A stretch of DNA of 54,160 nt from Octopus vulgaris (Eukaryota). Shown one piece after another: positions 40,661 to 54,160 of the stretch (the first letter of the stretch is position 1; each line of letters starts with the position of its first letter). Position numbers and translations under genes: made by a program. The notes under the pieces are model-generated. The model had not been told where the DNA came from. It saw only the letters and a list, made by a program, of their open reading frames with translations, and ran no database searches. The DNA lies in the NCBI GenBank assembly GCA_951406725.2, contig CATOCA020000025.1, positions 1-54,160 on the forward strand, read 5' to 3'.

Positions 40661-40934
40661 GTGAATTGAAGAAATGGAGTTGAACGAAGATTGAACAGAA
40701 ATCATTTTATTGCATTCTACACGTGTTTGAAAGCCACAATTTACCAAATTCCGATTGAATAAGGAGACCATATTGTGTCTTTCTCTTCAGGAAGAAATTT
40801 CTTCCTGAAGAGAAAGATACAAAATGGTCTCCTTATTCAATCGGAATTTGGTAAATTGTGGCTTTAAAACACGTGTAGAATGCAATAAAACGATTTCTGT
40901 TCAATCTTCGTTCAACTCCATTTCTTCAATTCAC
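40661..40934. repeat. Near-perfect 274-bp palindrome; each arm holds a decayed hammerhead-like motif
   Basis: gtgaattgaagaaatgg...ccatttcttcaattcac centred on ggaagaaatttcttcc. Each arm reads ttc CTGAAGA gaaag...cttt (a/c)AAAC acgt GTA gaa. Confidence 0.9.
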
Positions 40935-41095
40935 TAATAATATTAAAATTCAATTATCCGCACCAACGCATGGTTGCAACACCATATGGTTGTACCTCCA
41001 ACCGTGCTGTCTTCTGCTGTGATTTTTGCTACCAAGGTATCGGTTAAACTTTTGATTAATCTGCAACAAGATTATTCATCTTTCTATTTCACAAA

Positions 41096-41528
41096 ATATA
41101 TATATATATGTATATGTATATATGTATATATATATATGTATATATATATATGTGTATATATATGTGTATATGTGTATATATATGTATATATATATATATG
41201 TATATATATATATGTATTTATATATATGTATATATATATATGTGTATATATATATATGTATATATATATATGTGTATATATGTGTATATATATATGTGTA
41301 TATATATATATATGTATATATATATGTGTATATATATATATATGTATATATATATATGTGTATATATGTGTATATATATATATGTATATATGTATATATA
41401 TATGTATATATATATATATATGTATATATATGTATATATATATGTATATATATATGTATATATATATGTATGTATATATATATGTATATATATATATGTA
41501 TATATATATATATGTATATATATATATG

Positions 41529-41615
<87 letters not shown>

Positions 41616-41828
41616 GTATATATATGTATATATATGTATATATGTATATATATGTATATATATGTATATATATATATATGTATATATATATATGTATATA
41701 TATATATGTATATATATATGTATATATATATATGTATATATATGTATATATGTATATATATGTATATATATATATATGTATATATATATATGTATATATA
41801 TATATGTATATATGTATATATGTATATG

Positions 41829-41859
<31 letters not shown>

Positions 41860-41870
41860 GTATCTATATG

Positions 41871-41901
<31 letters not shown>

Positions 41902-41976
41902 GTATGTATATGTATATATGTATATATGTATATATATATATATATGTATGTATATATATATATATGTATGTATATG

Positions 41977-42007
<31 letters not shown>

Positions 42008-42047
42008 GTATGTATATGTATATATATATATGTATATATATATATAT
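41096..42047. repeat. Compound (TA)n/(TATG)n microsatellite
   Basis: Directly visible. Confidence 0.98.
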
Positions 42048-42267
42048 CCGGCGTGGCCGTCTGCCAGCCTCGTCTGGCATCTGTGTCGGTGGCACATAAA
42101 ATCACCCACTACACTCTCGGAGTGGTTGGCGTTAGGAAGGGCATCCAGCTGTAGAAACACTGCCAGATCTGACTGGCCTGGTGCAGCCTTCGGGCTTGCC
42201 AGACCCCAGTTGAACCGTCCAACCCATGCTAGCATGGAAAGCGGACGTTAAACGATGATGATGATGA

Positions 42268-42271
<4 letters not shown>
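42047..42271 (+). mobile_element. RTE 3'-terminal fragment ending in (GAT)n
   Basis: Near-identical to 47910-48136. Confidence 0.85.
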
Positions 42272-42345
<74 letters not shown>

Positions 42346-42434
42346 GTGTATATATATATATATATATGTGTATATATATATGTATATATATATGTATATA
42401 TATATGTATATATATATATATGTATATGTATATA

Positions 42435-42481
<47 letters not shown>

Positions 42482-42506
42482 GTATATATATATGTATATA
42501 TATATG

Positions 42507-42539
<33 letters not shown>

Positions 42540-42710
42540 GTATATATATATGTATATATATATATATGTATATATATATTTATGTATATATGTATATATA
42601 TATGTATATATGTATATATATATGTATATATATATGTATATATATATGTATATATATATGTATATATATATGTATATATATATGTATATATATATATGTA
42701 TGTATATATA
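42271..42710. repeat. (TA)n-rich microsatellite between two tail-to-tail RTE ends
   Basis: Directly visible. Confidence 0.97.
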
Positions 42711-44415
<1,705 letters not shown>

Positions 44416-44417
<2 letters not shown>

Positions 44418-47400
44418 CCTAGCCAAAGATAAGCCGTTGTACCTGGCTTTTGTTGACTTGGAGAAAGCCTTTGGCAGGGTCCCCCGATCCCTTATCTGGT
44501 GGTCAATGAGGAAACTAGGGATAGAAGAATGGTTGGTGAGAGCTGTGCAAGCTATGTACAGAGACGCTGCTAGTAAGGTGAGGGTTGGCAACGAGTACAG
44601 TGAAGAATTCCGGGTAGAGGTTGGGGTCCACCAAGGTTCAGTCCTCAGTCCCCTCCTATTTATCATAGTCCTCCAGGCAATAACGGAGGAATTCAAGACA
44701 GGTTGCCCCTGGGAGCTCCTCTATGCTGACGACCTTGCTCTAATTGCTGAGTCACTATCAGAACTGGAGGAGAAGTTTCAGGTGTGGAAACAAGGATTAG
44801 AATCGAAGGGCCTTAGAATCAACCTAGCCAAAACCAAAGTCCTAATAAGTAGGAAGGTAGATCAATCACAAACGCCTTCAGGTAGATGGCCCTGCTCGAT
44901 CTGTAAAAAGGTGTAGGTAGAAACTCTATAAGATGCACCATGTGTAAGCTATGGACACATAAGAGGTGCAGCAATGTCAAAGGAAGGCTAACTAGGAAAA
45001 TAGTTTTTGTCTGTGGCAAATGCTCAGGAGCAATAAACACTGGAAATGTGCAGAGACCAACTTCTGCCACGTTCCAGGGAGACAAACTAGAAGTAGTTGA
45101 TAGCTGCCGCTACCTAGGAGACCAAGTCAGTAGCGGGGGTGGGTGTGCTGAAAGTGTAACTGCTAGAGTAAGAATAGCCTGGGCAAAGTTTAGAGAGCTC
45201 TTACCCCTGCTGGTGACAAAAGGCCTCTCGCTCAGAGTAAAAGGCAGACTGTATGATGCATGTGTACGTACAGCCATGCTACATGGTAGTGAAACATGGG
45301 CCGTGACTGCTGAGGATATGCGTAAGCTCGCAAGAAATGAAGCCAGTATGCTCCGATGGATGTGTAATGTCAGTGTTCATAATCATCAGAGTGTAAGTTC
45401 CTTGAGAGAAAAGTTGAACCTAAGAAGCGTCAGTTGTGGTGTGCAAGAGAGACGGCTGCGCTGGTATGGTCATGTGACGAGAAAGGCTGAAGATAGTTGT
45501 GTGCAAAAGTGCTACACCCTAGCAGTTGAGGGAACCTGTGGAAGAGGTAGACCCAGGAAAACCTGGGACGAGGTGGTGAAGCACGACCTTCGAACTTTAG
45601 GTCTCACTAAGGAAATGTCTAGAGACCGAGACCTCTAGAAGTATGCTGTGCGTGAGAAGACCCGGCAAGACTAGTCAGGCCATAACCCGTGGCCCCTACC
45701 TGGGACGTAGTCAGTCCTCCTGTGCATACCTTCCTTCTTGTGACACTTATGAAGACCTGTTGAGGCAAGTGAAAATCATATCAAAACAAATCAAAATAGA
45801 TGAACATCAGTGGAATTGTATTCTTTGTGGTACCAGTGCCGGTGGCACACAAGAAAACCACCCAAACGTGGCCGTAGCCAGTACCGCATCGACTGGCCTC
45901 CGTGCTGTGGGCACAACAAACACCATCCGATCGTGGCCGTTCGCCAGCCTCATCTGGCACCTGTGTCGGTGGCACATAAAGACACCATCCGAAGACCCGG
46001 CGACGTAGTCAGTCCACCTGTGCATACCTTCCCTCTTATGACACTTGTGAAGACCTGTTGAGGCAGAGGCAAGTGTGTGACACTTGTGGAGACCTGTTGA
46101 GGCAAGTGTGTGACCCTTGTGAAGACCTCTTGAGGCAAGTGAAAATCAAATCAAACCAAATCAAAATAGATGAACATCAATGGAATTTGTATCTTTGTGG
46201 TTCCAGTACCGGTGGCACACAAGAAAACCATCTGAACGTGGCCGTAGCCAGTACCGCATCGACTGGCCTCCGTGCTGTGGGCACAACAAACACCATCTGA
46301 TCGTGGCCGTTCGCCAGCCTCATCTGGCACCTGTGTCGGTGGCACATAAAAACACCATCCGAAGACCCGGCGACGTAGTCAGTCCACCTGTGCATACCTT
46401 CCCTCTTATGACACTTGTGAAGACCTGTTGAGGCAAGTGTGTGACACTTGTGAAGACCTGTTGAGGCAGAGGCAAGTGTGTGACACTTGTGGAGACGTGT
46501 TGAGGCAAGTGTGTGACACGTGTGACACTTGTGAAGACCTGTTGAGGCAAGTGAAAATCAAACCAAATCAAAATAGATGAACATCAATGGAATTTGTATC
46601 TTTGTGGTTCCAGTACCGGTGGCACACAAGAAAACCATCCAATCGTGGCCGTTCGCCAGCCTCATCTGGCACCTGTGTCGGTGGCACATAAAAACACCAT
46701 CCGAAGACCCGGCGACGTAGTCAGTCCACCTGTGCATACCTTCCTACTTATGACACTTGTGAAGACCTGTTGAGGCAAGTGTGTGACACTTGTGTAGACC
46801 TGTTGAAACACCATCCGAAGACCCGGCGACGTAGTCAGTCCACCTGTGCATACCTTCCTACTTATGACACTTGTGAAGACCTGTTGAGGCAAGTGTGTGA
46901 CACTTGTGTAGACCTGTTGAGGCAAGTGAAAATCAAAATCAAATCAAATCAAATCAAACCAAATCAAAATAGATGAACATCAATGGAATTTGTATCTTTG
47001 TGGTACCAGTACCGGTGGCACACAAGAAAACCATCCGAACGTGGCCGTAGCCAGTACCGCATCGACTGGCCTCTGTGATGTGGGCACATAACAAACACCA
47101 TCCGATCGTGGCCGTCCGCCAGCCTCATCTGGCACCTGTGTCGGTGGCACATAAAAACACCAACCGAAGACCCGGCAAGACTAGTCAGGCCATAACCCAT
47201 GGCCCCTACTTGGGACGTAGTCAGTCCACCTGTGCATACCTTCCTTCCTTCTTGTGACACTTGTGAAGACCTGTTGAGGCAAGTGAGAATCAAATCAAAT
47301 CAAATCAAAATAGATGAACATCAATGGAATTTGTATCTTGTGGTACCAGTGCCGGTGGCACACAAGAAAACCATCCGAACGTGGCCGTAGCCAGTACCGC

Positions 47401-48136
47401 ATCGACTGGCCTCCGTGCTGTGGGCACGCAACAAACACCATCCGATCGTGGCCGTTCGCCAGCCTCATCTGGCACCTGTGTCGGTGGCACATAAAAACAC
47501 CATCCGAAGACCCGGCAAGACTAGTCAGGCCATAACCCGTGGCCCCTACCTGGGACGTAGTCAGTCCACCTGTGCATACCTTCCTTCTTGTGACACTTGT
47601 GAAGACCTGTTGAGGCAAGTGAAAATCAAATCAAATCAAAACAAATCAAAATAGATGAACATCAATGGAATTTGTATCTTTGTGGTACCAGTGCCGGTGG
47701 CACACAAGAAAATCATCCGAACGTGGCCGTAGCCAGTACCGCATAGACTGGCCTCCATGCTTTGGGGACGTAACAAACACCATCCGATCGTGGCCGTCCG
47801 CCAGCCTCATCTGGCACCTGTGTCGGTGGCACATAAAAACACCATCCGAGCGTGGCCGTCTGCCAGCCTCGTCTGGCACCTGTGTCGGTGGCACATAAAA
47901 ACACCATCCGAGCGTGGCCGTTCGCCAGCCTTGTCTGGCACCTGTGTCGGTGGCACATAAAATCACCCACTACACTCTCGGAGTGGTTGGCGTTAGGAAG
48001 GGCATCCAGCTGTAGAAACACTGCCAGATCTGATTGGCCTGGTGCAGCCTTCGGGCTCCCCAGACCCCAGTTGAACCGTCCAACCCATGCTAGCATGGAA
48101 AACGGACGCTAAATGATGATGATGATGATGATGATG
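44416..48136 (+). mobile_element. RTE-clade LINE, 5'-truncated, with a ~2.4-kb tandemly expanded 3' region
   Basis: [24 protein letters not shown] motifs; frameshift near 44905; premature TAG at 45636; (GAT)n tail. Confidence 0.92.
45655..47960 (+). repeat. About six imperfect 340-410-bp units with nested ~30-bp and ~60-bp subrepeats
   Basis: aaaatagatgaacatc recurs at about 45793, 46163, 46570, 46966, 47307 and 47648. Confidence 0.9.
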
Positions 48137-48142
48137 TATATA

Positions 48143-48530
48143 TCTCTCTATATATAAACGGCAGTTTGTCTGTGCGTGTTTCTGTGTGTCTGTTTTCTCG
48201 TACCCTCACCCTGACCACGGCTTTCAACCGATTCTGATGAAACTTGACACACAAATAGCCCAATGTCATAATTCAAAACTAACGCAGCGAAAATTTTGAA
48301 AAGTTAACCCCAGTTCTGAAAAAAATCGATAAATTCGACATGGGGTCGAGAATCAAAAAAAACAAACCACAGACTGTCTAGGGGACGCAACTCAACCTTT
48401 TTTTACTCTCAAAAAAAAATTTACCATAATTTTTTTTCCATTTTTTTGCTATTTTTTGGCTATAACTCTCTAAAAATGCTTTATAGTTATTTCCCTTACA
48501 AACCTGAGCAACGCCGGGCGATACTGCTAG
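48143..48530 (+). mobile_element. Non-autonomous Helitron-like element
   Basis: Starts with TC (tctctctatatataaac), ends ...gcaacgccgggcgatactgCTAG with a subterminal GC-rich hairpin, and sits between A and T with no TSD. Confidence 0.75.
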
Positions 48531-48552
48531 TATATATATATATATGTATATA

Positions 48553-48722
48553 TATGTCCAATTTTTCGGCATATTTGGCATTAGAAATTTTTTCCTTTGC
48601 CCTCATTCATGAATTGTTTATAAATTTAACCGTTAAAGGTATTTTTAATATGCAGGCCATTGATAAATTTTTTTCGAGAAAATATTTTTTTTGAAAAAGA
48701 ATTGTATCCTCACATTTGATAT
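48553..48722 (+). repeat. Dispersed fragment of the 34490-37060 repeat unit, lacking the hammerhead
   Basis: Near-identical to 36893-37061. Confidence 0.9.
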
Positions 48723-48738
48723 ATACATACATACATTT

Positions 48739-48781
<43 letters not shown>

Positions 48782-48858
48782 TTTGATTTTTCCAGTTTCA
48801 GCTAATGAGCTGTGGCCATGCTGGGGCACCGCCATTTGGTTTGCTACACGGGTTTACC

Positions 48859-51800
48859 TCACGGATGCTTTTTAGCAAACGCCATCTGATGCATGAGAGA
48901 GTTCGATGCAGCTGCCCTCATCTGCACCTCCTGCCGTGAAGTTGATTCATCCGGTACACCTGACAGGAAGAGATCCAGTCCTACTTTAAAGACATCCGCA
49001 TCTACACCATGCAGGTCCCTCAGGTTCTTCGGGAGGATATTGAAGAGCCGTGGGCCTCTGAAGCCCAGGCTATCACAATATCTTGTCCTACATCTTGATG
49101 GCAAATTTGGAGTCCTTGGTACTACGCAGTGGCGTCCGGTTCTGGCGTTTGTGTGGCTCTCGATGCCAAAGTCTGGGACAAGACCTTCCAGGATCTTCCA
49201 GATATATATTATGGCATATCTTTCTCGCCTATGCTCCAGGGAATAGAGCTTTAATCTCTTGAGTCTCTCCCAGTAGCTCGTATGCTGCACAGATGCTATC
49301 TTCTTCGTGTAGCTTCGTTGGATCGCCTCAAGTTCTGTGATCAACTTGACACTGGATGGTGACCATAGCTGAGAGCAATAGTCAAAGTGGCTTAGGACAA
49401 GTGTCTTCCAGAGGACCATCATGGTTTCTTGTTCTCTTGTTCTAAAGGTTCTAAGAATCCATCCAGCCAGCCGTCTACATTTCATTGTCAGTTTAGCAAC
49501 ATGTACATGAAAGGTCGCGTCATCACTCATGTGAATACCCAGGTCACGCACTGATTGTGCCTCTGGGATTGCAATCCCTCCGGGTCCAGTGTATTCATTG
49601 GGTATTGCATTCAGTTTTGCATGCTGATAGTATAAAGCTTGAAACTTTTCAGCATTGAACTGCATGCTATTCTTTTCAGCCCACTTGTATATTTCGTCCA
49701 GCTCACATTGCAGGTGCTTAGTGTCTTCAGGGTTCTGTATTGCCTGTGAAACTTTTGTATCATCTGCATAACTTGTGATTGTGGCTCTCCGCGTGGCTGA
49801 GGGCATGTCTGAGAGGGCCATTATGAACAGTAGTGGTCCCAAAACAGTGCCCTGTGGAACACCGCTCACTATTTGCGTGCTAATGGAAGTGGCCCCATTG
49901 GCTGCTACCACCTGACTTCTATTCTTCAGAAAGTCATGAAGCCATTCTCCTAGTTTTCCAACTATGCCAAGATCACGCAGTTTGTGACATATCATTCCAT
50001 GATCGACTTTATCAAAGGCCTTTGCGAAGTCAAGATATATCACTTCTACATTTGAGTGGTTGAGCAGCCGTTTCAGCACCCAGTCATAGTGTTGCAGGAG
50101 CTGAGTTAAACAGCTTCTCCTGGTCGGAAACCATGTTGGGTGTCAGGCAGCAAGTCATTTTCTTCAAGGAAGGTGATTAGTTTCCTTCTGACTATTCGTT
50201 CCATGACCTTGCTGATGTGTGAGGTCAGAGAGATAGGTCTGTAGTTCTTGGCCTCCGCTCTGCTACCTCCTTTATGAATAGGGCATATTTTACCTTCCTT
50301 CAGTTTTCTTGGAAGTTTGCCAGCTGCAAGGAAGCTCCTAAAGAGGAACTGCAGTGGTCTTGCTAGGACTCTCTTACATACTTTTAGGAGGATTGCCGGG
50401 AATCCATCGGGGCCAATAGCTGAGTCTGTTTTCATTTCATCTATAGCCTTTATTACATCGTCTTGTAATTTATCGTCGCCGCCTCTGATTCTATATCTGC
50501 AGTGGTAAAGAAGTCAGTTGGATTGCTGATTTGGAAATGCCCAAGGGGTGGAGTGAAAACACTCTTGAATTGTTCATTCAGTATTTCACTTACCCTCATT
50601 GGTTTTCCTGTGAGTGTGCCATCCTTTTCAAGGAGTGGCCCTATCCTACAGTGCACCGTAGCTGTTTCTTTGGCATACCTGTAGAAAGCTCTGGGGTTAG
50701 TTTTTATGTTGTCTATAGCCCAGGCTTCTTTGTCTGCTCTTTCCTTCTCATGGGAGAGTTGCAGACAATTTTCAATTTCCAACAGTTTTATTTTCAGGCG
50801 GGACTTTTCACTGCTTTCAATTTGTTTGTTTAGGCGATTTGAAATTTTTGTACGCCGTCTCATTAAAATTTTCCTCTCTCTGGGGATTTTGTTCTTGTGT
50901 ACAGTGGCCTTTCTCTCTGGGACACATTTGTAGCATATGGCTTGCATTACAGACATGAATTGTTGAAGTATCATGTCGATGTCCGGCGAGGAGAGACATT
51001 CAGGCCAGTTTTGTTTGAGGATCTCTTTCTCAATTTGTTTCCAGTTTGCCTTATTGAAGTTCAAGCTGGAAAGATTCTGAGGGTTTCTTGTAGGCTGCAT
51101 GTCCGTGCTCGCTTTTGGCCCGTACATGGTCAGCTCTACCATGTTGTGATCCGAGCGTAGTGTCGGTGTCACTTTCACATTATGGATGAGATCCATATTA
51201 TTTGTGAAGCAGAGATCCAGTGTGTTACCTGCTCTGGTTGGTTGGAGTATTACTTGCTCCATGTACAGGGTGTTGATGAGGTTCAGGAGGGACCTCGCCT
51301 GTCCTCGTTCACATCTTGTCATTCCTGGGAGAGAAAGGCCCTCGGGCCATCTGACATTGGGTAGATTGAAGTCTCCCATGAGAAGTACACTTATGTGTTG
51401 TTCTAATGTGATTAGAACTTCTTCTATTTTTAAAAGGCAGTCCTCAAACTTGCCCATATGACTTGGGGCATCTGGAGGGCGATATGTAGCACACACAACT
51501 ACATCAAGTTGCCTTATGTGTCCAATTAGTGTGTCACACACCGAGTTTGAGTATGACAAAAGGACCTGGGGTGTGATGTCCCCACGGATGTACATAGTAA
51601 CTCCTCCATGACTCCTTTCTTTCCTGTCGGTCCGTAGTACAACATACTGTGGTATGTGTAATTCCGCATCTGCTATGTCCGGTTTCAGATGCGTTTCTGT
51701 GAGTGCTATGCATAAGGCTTGATTGCATGCGACAAAGTCTCTCAGGAACGGGACTTTTGTCCTGTTACTGTGTGTTAGTAGTCCTCTGATGTTCAGTAGG

Positions 51801-51949
51801 AGCATCGAGGTGAGGTGTATGCTGTTGCCGGCGGTGTCCACCCCGGGTCCATCTGCTGTGGCGGTCTTGTGAACTGTGGGCAGTTCCATCTGCGAGCCTG
51901 AGCCTGATGGAGCCAGGTTAGCTGCTGTACAATCTTTTGTGCCATGCAC
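48859..51949 (-). pseudogene. LINE ORF2 (APE-RT), complete length but disrupted by a ~13-nt deletion near 50465 and a 1-nt deletion near 50118
   Basis: Both deletions are seen by comparison with the open copy at 178-2178 (gattacatcgatataaaggaagac; ccagggagaagc). Confidence 0.88.
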
Positions 51950-52683
51950 AAAAAAGATTCCTGCTCAGCAGCTGCCCTTTCAACAACACGTTGGTGGTTT
52001 GTGGTACGCACCACATCTGCGTACCTCCGTTTTGGGGCAGGTGATGCGTGGTCCATCCCATTTCCTTTCGGTGGTTGGTTTCTGTGGCAGGGTCCCAGAT
52101 GTGCAAAGCGGCAGCCTGCACCTTCCTCTCCATGCCGGCAGGCACCTTTCAGGTAGAACCTACATACCCATGTGCGCTGCTTGTTTCCATCCTTTTTGGC
52201 ATATGGATAGTTAGGTTTGCCTCTATCCCTGGCTGCCTTGCCCCTTGGCTTTGTCTGAGTTTTAGCTTCAGTTTTTCTTCCTTTTTTGGTTTTTTCATCT
52301 CCATGTCCATGGCTTTTGGTGCTGGTAGGAGCATCCGCACCTGGGTTCATCTCCCGGGCAGGCCTCTCACTGGAGTTTTCTTCCTGGGCGTCTACCAGGT
52401 GGGGGTGACCCTCCTCATCAGCGCTCGCATCTCTATCCTTGCCAGCTTTACTTTGTTCGCGTTTTTCGCTGTCAAAAATGGCATCCAGCGTGTTAATGTG
52501 CGATCTGACAAGTGCGTAGGAGCGTATAAATTCTTGCTTCTTCCGCTCTATTTGAGCTGACGTCCTTTTGTATCCGTTGTTCTTCAGCGCAGCCGTAATT
52601 ATATTATTTGGATTTTCTCCGTCAGCGCATTGCCATCCTCGCAGGAACCACGCCAGTTCGTCACGTTTCCAGGTTCTGGACAT
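51793..52683 (-). CDS. LINE ORF1 (296 aa) with an N-terminal Myb/SANT-like motif and a CCCH zinc finger
   Basis: ATG-initiated intact ORF: TWKRDE...W...LKNNGYKRTSAQIERKK...Y and CRFYLKGACRHGEEGAGCRFAH. Confidence 0.78.
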   Translation of the reverse strand: MSRTWKRDELAWFLRGWQCADGENPNNIITAALKNNGYKRTSAQIERKKQEFIRSYALVRSHINTLDAIFDSEKREQSKAGKDRDASADEEGHPHLVDAQEENSSERPAREMNPGADAPTSTKSHGHGDEKTKKGRKTEAKTQTKPRGKAARDRGKPNYPYAKKDGNKQRTWVCRFYLKGACRHGEEGAGCRFAHLGPCHRNQPPKGNGMDHASPAPKRRYADVVRTTNHQRVVERAAAEQESFLCMAQKIVQQLTWLHQAQARRWNCPQFTRPPQQMDPGWTPPATAYTSPRCSY

Positions 52684-53309
52684 TCTTGATATTTTATCTA
52701 TCTATCTATCTATCTAATTATATTATATTAATTTATATTAATCTAATAGTGCAATAGGGGGTAGGGAGGAAGTAGAGAAAGAGAGCGTCTATGTACTTAA
52801 GGAGAAATTGGGAGCCGAGAGTAAGAGAGAAGAGGAAGAGGAGAGACTGAGAGCTGAAGGAAGAGAGAGAAAGCGTCTATGTCCTTATATGTATCCGAGA
52901 GAGGAGAGTAAGATAGAAGAGAGTAATGGAGAGACAAGGAGAAGCGGGAGAGAAACTGAAGAGATAGGGAGAGAAGGAAGAAATATAGAGAGAATTTATA
53001 TATTTGAAAGAGGGGAGTAAGATAGAAGAGAGTTATGAAGAGACAAGGAGAAGCGTGAGGGAGAGAACTGAAGAGACAGACAGAGAGGGGAGAATTCTAA
53101 ACGAAGCTATTTGTACACACACATACACGCGCACACATACATATATATACACACATATACACATGTGTGCACATGCACATATATAAACAATAGTACCAAG
53201 TGAGTATATAAAGAAACAATAATAATAATAATAAAATAGCTGAAAGAAAACAATCCAAGAGATTTTACAGAATTTAAGCAGAGAAAAAGAGAAAAGAAAA
53301 TATATATTT

Positions 53310-54020
53310 GTCCGTCGCTACAGACAATGTCTTCTAAAATAAAAACTAATTGCGACTATACTTCTAACACACACATATACATACACATAGATATACGGGA
53401 ATTAACGGTAAAACAGGAATTTACAGGGATATAAAACAATAATTCGATACACATATACATATACATACAGATATATACACGCATGTGACAAATAATAATT
53501 GCGACTATACTTCTAACACACACATATACATACACATAGATATACGGGAATTAACGGTAAAACAAGAATTTACGGAGATATAAACAAGAATTCGATACAC
53601 ATATACATACAGATATATGCACGCTACAGACAATGTCTTCTAAAATAAGAACTAATTGCGACTATACTTCTAACACACACATATACATACACATAGATAT
53701 ACGGGAATTAACGGTAAAACAAGAATTTACGGAGATATAAACAAGAATTCGATACACATATACATATACATACAGATATATACACGCATGTGACAAATAA
53801 TATTTGCGACTATACTTCTAACACACACATATACATACACATAGATATACGGAAATTAACGGTAAAACAGGAATTTACGGAGATATAAACAAGAATTCGA
53901 TACACATATACATACAGATATATACACGCATGTGACAAATAATATTTTTATATTTAGGATAGATATGCCGGAATTTACGATAAAACAAGAATTTACGGAG
54001 ATATAAACAAGAATTCGATT
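53310..54020. repeat. About five tandem ~150-bp units upstream of LINE ORF1
   Basis: ttgcgactatacttctaacac at about 53350, 53499, 53656 and 53804, plus a partial fifth unit. Confidence 0.9.
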
Positions 54021-54160
54021 ACTTATCTTATTAAAGATATACGAAGAGGTTTTCTTTTTTCCTTTTGCTATTTGAGTCGACTGGAAATAAATTTAGAAGA
54101 TTCCATGTGCTTTTTCGACAGGGAGAAATCTTGTGTGTGTTGCGAGCACAAGTGAACAAT

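Larger units (their letters stand above)
48779..54160 (-). mobile_element. Near full-length CR1-group LINE (ORF1, ORF2 with two frameshifts, short 3' tail); 5' boundary uncertain
   Basis: ORF1 at 51793-52683. ORF2 pieces at 50453-51949, 50106-50435 and 48859-50079 carry APE motifs, GVPQGTVLGP, YADD and SLEHRRERY. Including 52684-54160 as 5' UTR is an inference. Confidence 0.9.

Noticed and set aside
48230-48250. ctgatgaaac in the Helitron as a hammerhead or C/D-box motif
   Set aside because: There is no room for stem II and no supporting stems.

Overview
This is eukaryotic, AT-rich, repeat-dominated DNA. It is most likely from an octopus or other coleoid cephalopod, inferred only from the SINE and RTE families and the very long (TA)n/(TATG)n tracts. 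The only host coding sequence I can support is a 78-bp phase-0 exon at 25996-26073 (+) encoding a Sec2-domain peptide of RAB3IP/RAB3IL1 type, so the window is probably intronic. Two inverted copies of a CR1-group LINE bound the window; the right copy is near full-length and its ORF1 has Myb/SANT-like and CCCH motifs. Between them lie a 17-kb satellite (~375-bp unit), several RTE LINE fragments with tandemly expanded 3' UTRs, tRNA-derived SINEs sharing the CR1 LINE tail, Penelope-like remnants, a Tc1/mariner relic and a non-autonomous Helitron. The most notable signal is about a dozen type I hammerhead ribozyme motifs from several unrelated small repeat families. These include a 355-bp terminally redundant retrozyme-like unit, a six-copy tandem/inverted array and a head-to-head palindrome. 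Also notable are a candidate -1 frameshift site linking LINE ORF1 to ORF2 and signs of assembly mosaicism inside the satellite. All calls were made by eye; no searches or folding were run.
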